DNA of 64,000 bases, from positions 32,001-96,000 of the IMG/VR virus record IMGVR_UViG_3300017527_000515; one strand, written 5' to 3'. The notes below the pieces were generated by a model. That model was not told the origin of the DNA, ran no database searches, and worked only from the letters and a program-made list of their open reading frames with translations. Of this stretch, positions 62,501-64,000 are shown piece by piece (the stretch's first letter is position 1; each line of letters starts with the position of its first letter). Origin of the DNA: a virus. A program made the translations under genes and the position numbers.

Positions 62501-64000
62501 CTCTCATAGCCTGGCCCTGGATAGCAGCGGCCTGCATGTCCTGGGAGAATTTATAGCTTCTAGCACTTTGTCCAGTGGCCTTAGGTCTGGAAAGATCACT
62601 GGCTTCTGGAAATAACGATAGAGTTGTTATACCTTCCTTGGCTCTAGTAGATAAGACATCTAATATCCTATCCATTTCGTAAACTATTTCAGCTTTGGCT
62701 GCCAGCTCCTGGGCATAACTCTCAGCTGCTACTTCTACTTCTTCTTTATTAAAATCTGGATCTTTAGAAAGTAGCTTTTCTCCATGCTTTCTAAAATCCT
62801 TCAATAGCTTCTCAGAAACATCTATCTTCTCTTCCCTAGTCAACGTGGGAACTCCCACAAGATCAGCCAGTTTTTCTATCTCTTTAATCTGATCTTCTGG
62901 AGCCTTTTTTAATATATCTCTAGTAAGACTAGGTAATTCTTCCTCTAGTAGAACTCTGCTTTTTAGAGCATCTAGACTTCTGTCGACTTTGGTTATATCA
63001 AATCCTTCAGCTTGAAGCTTCTTAAACTCATCGTCTATTAGTAATTGGTCTCTATGGATATTATCCAGAGTACTCTTGACTAATTGAGAATAAGCTCCAG
63101 CATCTAAACCTTCAGCAGCTTCAGCTATAGCGTCTTGTATGTTTCTAGCAGTAGCCTTGGCTTGTTTATATTTCTTTAATAATTCCTCTTGCTCTTTAGG
63201 TTTCTTTCTTAAGAATTGTACACCTTGAGGCACAGTAGGTTCCCCATACCTCTCCGTGAATCTCTTTTCTTGTCCCTTAAGATTAGATTCCTGACGTGTT
63301 ATATATAATGGTAGATTAGGAACTGTGATATGTTCACGTACATTGATACCACCTGCTGCTATTTCTTCTTGTATAAGATTTTTAGCATAAGATTTAGGAT
63401 CTCCTATCTGCGCACGCTTATCTGGGGATAGCTTTTCTATATTCCTTAGAATACCTTCCATGGCGCCTTCTCTTACCTGGTCTGCCATTTCGCGGAAGAA
63501 TGATTCTAAACCAGTAGCCTTGACTGCCATGTCAATCAGCTCGTCTCTATCAGCTCTGCTCAAATCGAAGGAGCTATACTCAGTACCTCTAGCTTCATAA
63601 AGTTGCTCTAGTTCTTTTCGTATAGTAGAGGTATCCATCTTACCAAGTCTTAGCTTGGTAGACTTATTAACTGCCGCTTCAAAGTCTGCTATCTCACCCT
63701 CTGGGAGTAAGGAAGCCCATAGTTCAGTTACCCCATCATACCCTTGTGCTATACGGCTTTGTATTTCACCGGCTATGGTAGACCCACCAGCATGCTTAAC
63801 ATCCATACCCTTCTGGATGGCAAACCTAAATACCTCATTAAATTTGGTATAAAAGTCTCTGGCTATCTCATCCTGGCTGCCGCCTAATATTCCTAGATTA
63901 GGATTACGGCCAGAGAAGCCCTCACTGGGTTTAAATTCAGCCCCTCCAGTACCTAACAGACCAGAACCGAATCCAACACTAGATTCTGCTAATCTATTAA
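47535..64000 (-). CDS. Giant multidomain tail tape measure protein (TP901-type core) with PD-(D/E)xK nuclease, pre-toxin TG and zincin-like domains; 5' end outside the window
   Basis: TP901/PhageMin_Tail-like core at about 58600-59700 (AKEYGVSINEV..FAQQG...ATEALTAAM...DLANA-like DMANAIKKS...TRQSGKEVGTAMRFI...LGGTRQYN). The frame has no stop from 63807 to 64000, so the track's ATG at 63806 is probably internal. Confidence 0.9.
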   Translation of the reverse strand, partial: NRLAESSVGFGSGLLGTGGAEFKPSEGFSGRNPNLGILGGSQDEIARDFYTKFNEVFRFAIQKGMDVKHAGGSTIAGEIQSRIAQGYDGVTELWASLLPEGEIADFEAAVNKSTKLRLGKMDTSTIRKELEQLYEARGTEYSSFDLSRADRDELIDMAVKATGLESFFREMADQVREGAMEGILRNIEKLSPDKRAQIGDPKSYAKNLIQEEIAAGGINVREHITVPNLPLYITRQESNLKGQEKRFTERYGEPTVPQGVQFLRKKPKEQEELLKKYKQAKATARNIQDAIAEAAEGLDAGAYSQLVKSTLDNIHRDQLLIDDEFKKLQAEGFDITKVDRSLDALKSRVLLEEELPSLTRDILKKAPEDQIKEIEKLADLVGVPTLTREEKIDVSEKLLKDFRKHGEKLLSKDPDFNKEEVEVAAESYAQELAAKAEIVYEMDRILDVLSTRAKEGITTLSLFPEASDLSRPKATGQSARSYKFSQDMQAAAIQGQAMREEAKGIHGPGGSGTIFGGGGVGGQFPMTGGVVPVHIHSVAQGVGVFFGGGGGTGARRDYTDQLNPDFAPQQQTKSALSEIRDQHDQHGEASIRSLQSQLKDYKKISSDFDRHSENIGKPEFDKLQKKYFPGVEVGPRGADVNLEQEYNQLKKQFFTNLNNVFTASKFKGGGADLGELIKGNRQGSQLEAITGQLLGLDAEELKSDYVQSAFDIGTALHAKMQKKIKDEAEAAGRGGEVEIEKFVYLKPKEFVEGVRGPITGFIDVAYKNAQGQVEKISDIKTTGETFAKFESISRAIGPEGTIALADILDKEIPEHIRQKLEDYRSQLNVYLGALVQSGQAAPGVQASIDFIPSEDAGLTTPAKSVTFGFDPERLKSDLETLKTARELVNNYVLDLSTSIEDVPEEHQDLVSKLRKRVSGKSPAFSKARNLKSYLLEQELDKIYGVTEQSDEFIEEYVQLSRKAFEFMEGKEGVYKETRANFKAAENRAKDIGQAMKEDPEYGRATFGEKITGGTPEERTLGKDKVKKFPDPLKDQLAAISELHQGSIAIQSGLSDLNFNENIEKMHTDIKSALSGGAGEAPPTGPQFSKLLTELVEGDYITFQESMKAWQLWRISMGDFLIFQAKQAEEVFDVANAQGPATREFSDFRKRVEKSREFIVKSLGKTTDIYTKDRRFLLPDLAKQAGVFQTPEDLYKKTKQPFGEGDERTRGIYKNLIDKLEAGGLGAPAEEIRKLVDELADVDEAAKRVLMDVDLFERKGRDATEAWDFEKVAKRARVLREALSQYSRFNLSDEFQTDVEKKFQVRSLLQYLKQIEQVYGKIDLGRLQRGAFGEYETGAVKVPTFLPPNQQQALHRRNIEKFKQFAERPGPESDTPGTGPRVGESFSYFEKVTDSAGNVLRNFRHDFKKFGETTDDTAGKVENYTHRTTDLIDKMHMAGGTFRSAARRVIMWGAAATLVYGGVQQLKDSVGELADIEVSIAQLRMVMNPLEADFDALTQSAVMFAKEYGVSINEVLRGMKIFAQQGLKQSEVIERTRVSTLAANVSTLSASEATEALTAAMKSFGTEMGSADMALDAWSETEARHAITAADMANAIKKSAAAAKNAGFTFNELNGIVAGIGSVTRQSGKEVGTAMRFIARRLFSEKGPKALGEIGIPTITATGENRRGFDILSDLSKQWAMLTNAQKLNVAQSLGGTRQYNALLVAMDNWDEVLDAIEDSTNSKGSAERRNVEIMKTYAKQLEQTRAAATELKMELGKFIFPVFKGGLKALKTVFEFMSAIPTPVKAAGAALTLFFGYAAKGVDIFDKLVEVFGKGKGVIDAFVRSVSKEFDISAFEIFGGKGGPQLEGIKSFAKGVPDALKAAGLDDLHSGFGKLTYVIKEAGMAFNTWAAAGGTSAEEMGKTIEGLGDEVKKWAERTDLFTDVGQLLATKIPGWKDDLTIAVINVMEEVAKNSGRAFELFGKYFGEAGAQFAKFIGDTDPGLLKAITPMAITVGALIPAFKELASRIQETGMTAQDYAQSVYNSRRVQEDQIKNLTTLSRQYDRLQKKVKEVNAVEADPKLKEVRKASDNYTHPLIALGDIQKDATKWANELAMVNNELVLSYDKQGNAILKLSGDYKEYIANLQRASALELAKTDIDVLKRFTQDLTKVDFGESIKNILGTALGEVPGFGPLLKDIVKVSPAKQMEMLTGRLNDLLLARSQNPLSTAFDEDISTLQDALGKLKKIYDGTAKDFNKTLAGIFKFPGASAVDRDTIARLLGDPELLRGFQFAVEVDPVINAANAQRELERALKFPNAPKGTSTLFDPTAAGGRSTINFPEFLNLPEIQGRDLQGATILQQVFPTRRAVIGAAKDITKALLEGSGIIQKEAKKGTKLVTGDIVTFLTQPAARAGIAGQQGVVEVKKNVDGVLEAFVTYYNYKAKEGVGELETKSIDEVADMVEAIFPAGRVQSELENRLENLSTFVTGAAAGIVGLDEKAFKKDFDLGARFYSDISTTTALQGQRGFNFQTGEFGEVTNLQKQWASDTRKYFLEPMEKYNKSVRRFDKAGSLEKTSDASEEVYQELLAQQAVLKNNQVVVQYAAVFADLSKTIEQGTRVLAENIAIEEARQESVKVTSGLLAGLPEGLDNIDTGVRSVQDLTVKQLALLNQPQYQGAAQNFRSADVRRQALIQRREELARAKVAIETITATQQGIGTVIGPDATPEEIKGFIEKSTVLGDVVGATLSKDINNLTKSNVTALDPIATSLEELVSLGQTNQVLTDKIIGLQERVAEFDSRPEDEQGGAEARRISLLIAHEIHKAAGAREGASPRERAVLEERINVLVDTMNKFTTFGRGQAAVGLSPSRLLPGAGLSREEYLQRSFRGLQSNELTERFKTDAGPRTKLGLRGFTALPGVGGPIPIPKLKSIPGFAESDELKQLVAIQEAEKKLSEKTFFNSKNLLKVSAAVAAFQSFSKSNSSAALAVMNEQLVGQKAALLEAKKAGDEGRIATGQSEVAALEKAIAAEQKSLDFNTIVASLANLETGTIALARAFGISETNVKRIGGASLVLYAAMQAASKITGEELPESAKEFGKELGKTLKEVGESGDVSIGTLKDLGSAGKEFKGDFENRVKEITGTTREGIREAFKARLTGLQDLPEAEIEKRAAVLRDEASKGGAGGLKKILAAALASTLAGTFAELTGPGVRKADIERLSEQRGELLDKIASEWPQVAELIITELLDQSKRAQEDLKKPLDSEAQKQALDVFYNAQQALDALAQTTGGVNSEIAALTREMEGNADTMHRLELFEGIRKQVQDFVRDLANQAVQLEVARKYSLGAFLNRDTRGFAGDAQLPLERSGMSTQQRIFASADEDLRGFMTAFKSTQDIITRTEQEIVRLEQLRQKYQEDGVYNQLSALEGMDSEIAGIKSERDELISKQQRSVDEGKMRIHQQLMEAEKKLAEAEKRRAEYAKSAAGENANAAKELDKTIESTKKYADSLANAMNPAVVAAYNGTVLLGEAMFKLNDALTEVSVQDAIDELASIKEFRAKTDKFLGGSGADALQLVDPATRLEAARGGINLKEFDTRRNVEEAEILRAMQQQGQTSELLQRYLSLDSKYEGEARAKEQQKQDERFKRQTDPVLTLMTDLERITRNNNVSPELKATAKAIQEQAGAFLKAAPDEIINAEGKKERRGITVEQIDELTSKFEGLKNSLKEQYGKEFQKMGLASNQELMIDHLSSIAESTRGSKEGLTSVAGYMEQMISKLGDPLEVKVVDSAIKKAAGGAIFGPGGPKDDNIMAMLSSGEFVINQASAAKLGRKNLEYINKYGKLPGLQGGGFAYESEALKYLRSYTPAEQSFVGPQMPDHIAAARQRQAETQKIISLIDSKIKAVQTARENIIGLNKKDIEEGRTPQGVTELIELNKKLLQLQEYKNQLEEAAAERANAHEETRLRLIEENKTGFNKVDQSINVQTEKTAAGQGEIKQSIDAQTGVLTDQTSVLNNIDGGIKALLDVIKSKAPDINRQAFVDKGYDQHEAERLRRIQKVPYTDPKFNVKSIDSRTEHEKRTGRAQGGKVFGEGGPKEDKVPAMLSPGEYVIKAASASKLGMSALEYMNKEGQLPPGMANGGFPDKLVSSREYDETNPLYVGPSGRKMRSAYGAPVSTITGKPFMTKAEYDEIYRPPTKDELKSFGKLATSTVLDASPIVGDVKSAQEAITGIDVITDEKLGPLSRGLAGLAVLPFVPGSIKHLGKSGKALKSLDTAVDLSGSVGKATNKADLAKNIDILNEEFKLARSNHPVAGLMTNPNLKVSTKAKEGQKLTTTFKEGQDIVSSSRGLAKASDLASRRKVVAGGFEHEIGGHVTESAVKKFLKDPSLIGKHIDDPEIAKTLTKERLQKMKDFMDSFIAQPPVSKYAERFTGDASKFGRENFAEFVKLVKAGEIKSPLVEEYTKLFTGFAEGGIMGQIGDWLKTAKEFYFGREVEATEEELAEMAEDARSFSYLTSKDTKKNILDAVDPHNNKGGGGMMKRKHFAEGGMAGRIKDWLKTTKDFFFGRDVEVSEEDLARGAESGRATSYLTSKETKKNILDAAGDIDSKGMGGMIKKYGDGGKIKPFVPKTEPVRSKEEKEKLKQQLDALKQRHEKKRKIGEFLRNIGAGKLLSDDMKNDIYHKYGIALSEPAEFRGMGGRMKRKHYAEGGIIGQIGEWLKTAKEFYFGREVEATEEELAEMGSDARTFSYLTSKDTKTNILDAIDKKGMGGRMKRKKYAEGGLARRFTEINGEIVELDENGNIVGGLPDDAMTTARRDQGTFANNKAYRVNTGIVDPDPSFGAGQPTARFAELTVQEESKRLAALNEQAFAEKALVGKHTYEEQLAAAKASGNVDVYNQIQAEHAKTIQRENRQALKRDKEVYDALREPGILPAPKGKGLFNYTFDSKTGIVSAEGLSHGVQSKYDLNELAYKERKEAMARGQLPLPTVGPGYEATPGANPGKKLQDTRAKVARAQLVAGISRKAMQGEVDPQAPDRNVLENLYGTAGIGRDTQLAYEYYNKLRYLSENDPNFNRQDELKSLEAMVMSGNVDMNKIKPLMKDIKLTKNFHDVRKKVDENKYGIKDPRLAFLASPHLFKEYVRLKEAGDEVGAAAAKAMLEKAAINAEDIANQFGMAKDAATVDSLAMLYGRFGKGKLEPAELRAVRDQIKIAGQGRKQDFEKETRGFSAREKLGRMFEAMKQGFYEVPKQFYKDTFSSNKSRPVMHNGGVVAQTGTVFAQKGETILPKGFQAGGMVDDNLTRASLTSTTVKIDGSEVASQIADQVKSAIESSEVKVEADAKVRVDTTDAKVPVDLEGAVVKVDTDSAVVRVDTADVTVPVDAAGVASEISNAISQALANATVDVNPSANGSVGADSLDSISNAVVDVQDKLITVKGELEERMVNLESKALTANNVKPEIQSAVSEAMNQVTHDINTNRNNISEITSRVTRFEGRMQYEVGEARRYAQDAQNFATRPGVG
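47940..48095 (-). repeat. About 8-aa VxVD repeats near the TMP C-terminus
   Basis: VKVEADAKVRVDTTDAKVPVDLEGAVVKVDTDSAVVRVDTADVTVPVDAAG. Confidence 0.85.
49750..50690 (-). repeat. Three about 72-aa in-frame repeats within the TMP, with an identical 28-nt segment
   Basis: AEGGxxGxIxxWLKTxKxFxFGRxVExxEExLA...SYLTSKxTKxNILDA occurs three times. cttacgcttcatcctaccgcccatgcct is present at 49767-49794 and 49983-50010. Confidence 0.95.

Noticed and set aside
1-64000. Stop-codon reassignment, as seen in some large phages
   Set aside because: Very long ORFs tile the window under code 11, and TAG, TAA and TGA stops are each directly followed by or overlap the next gene's start.
1-64000. tRNA, rRNA, integrase or transposase genes
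   Set aside because: There is no intergenic space long enough apart from 29027-29162, which shows no cloverleaf, and no such protein motifs were seen.

Overview
This window is one gene-dense, all-minus-strand stretch of a very large (jumbo-type) tailed phage virion/tail module. It uses the standard genetic code, most genes have strong GGAG(G) Shine-Dalgarno sites, and there is almost no intergenic DNA. Reading right to left in transcription order: (1) a giant tape-measure-type protein of at least 5,487 aa, still open at the window edge; (2) small hub/spike/tube-like and Cys-rich genes; (3) a degenerate two-subunit sulfopyruvate/phosphonopyruvate decarboxylase-like pair inside the structural operon; (4) Ig-like and paralogous structural genes; (5) a hairpin plus mini-ORF plus terminator element; (6) about 29 kb of very large adhesion-type proteins (Cys-rich, discoidin/F5-8C, LamG, DUF2341, C1q-like, beta-helix). 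The best candidate for an undescribed system is the tape-measure protein acting as an injected effector polyprotein. It carries a RecB/Cas4-like PD-(D/E)xK nuclease and a pre-toxin-TG plus zincin-like module, and its C-terminal part is a string of cassettes delimited by recurring (F/Y)AxGG motifs. Secondary candidates are a pervasive x-x-S-G motif in the external proteins (possible modification sequon), the ComDE-like pseudo-enzyme, and an attenuator-like element. All domain calls come from motif recognition by eye; no database searches were run.
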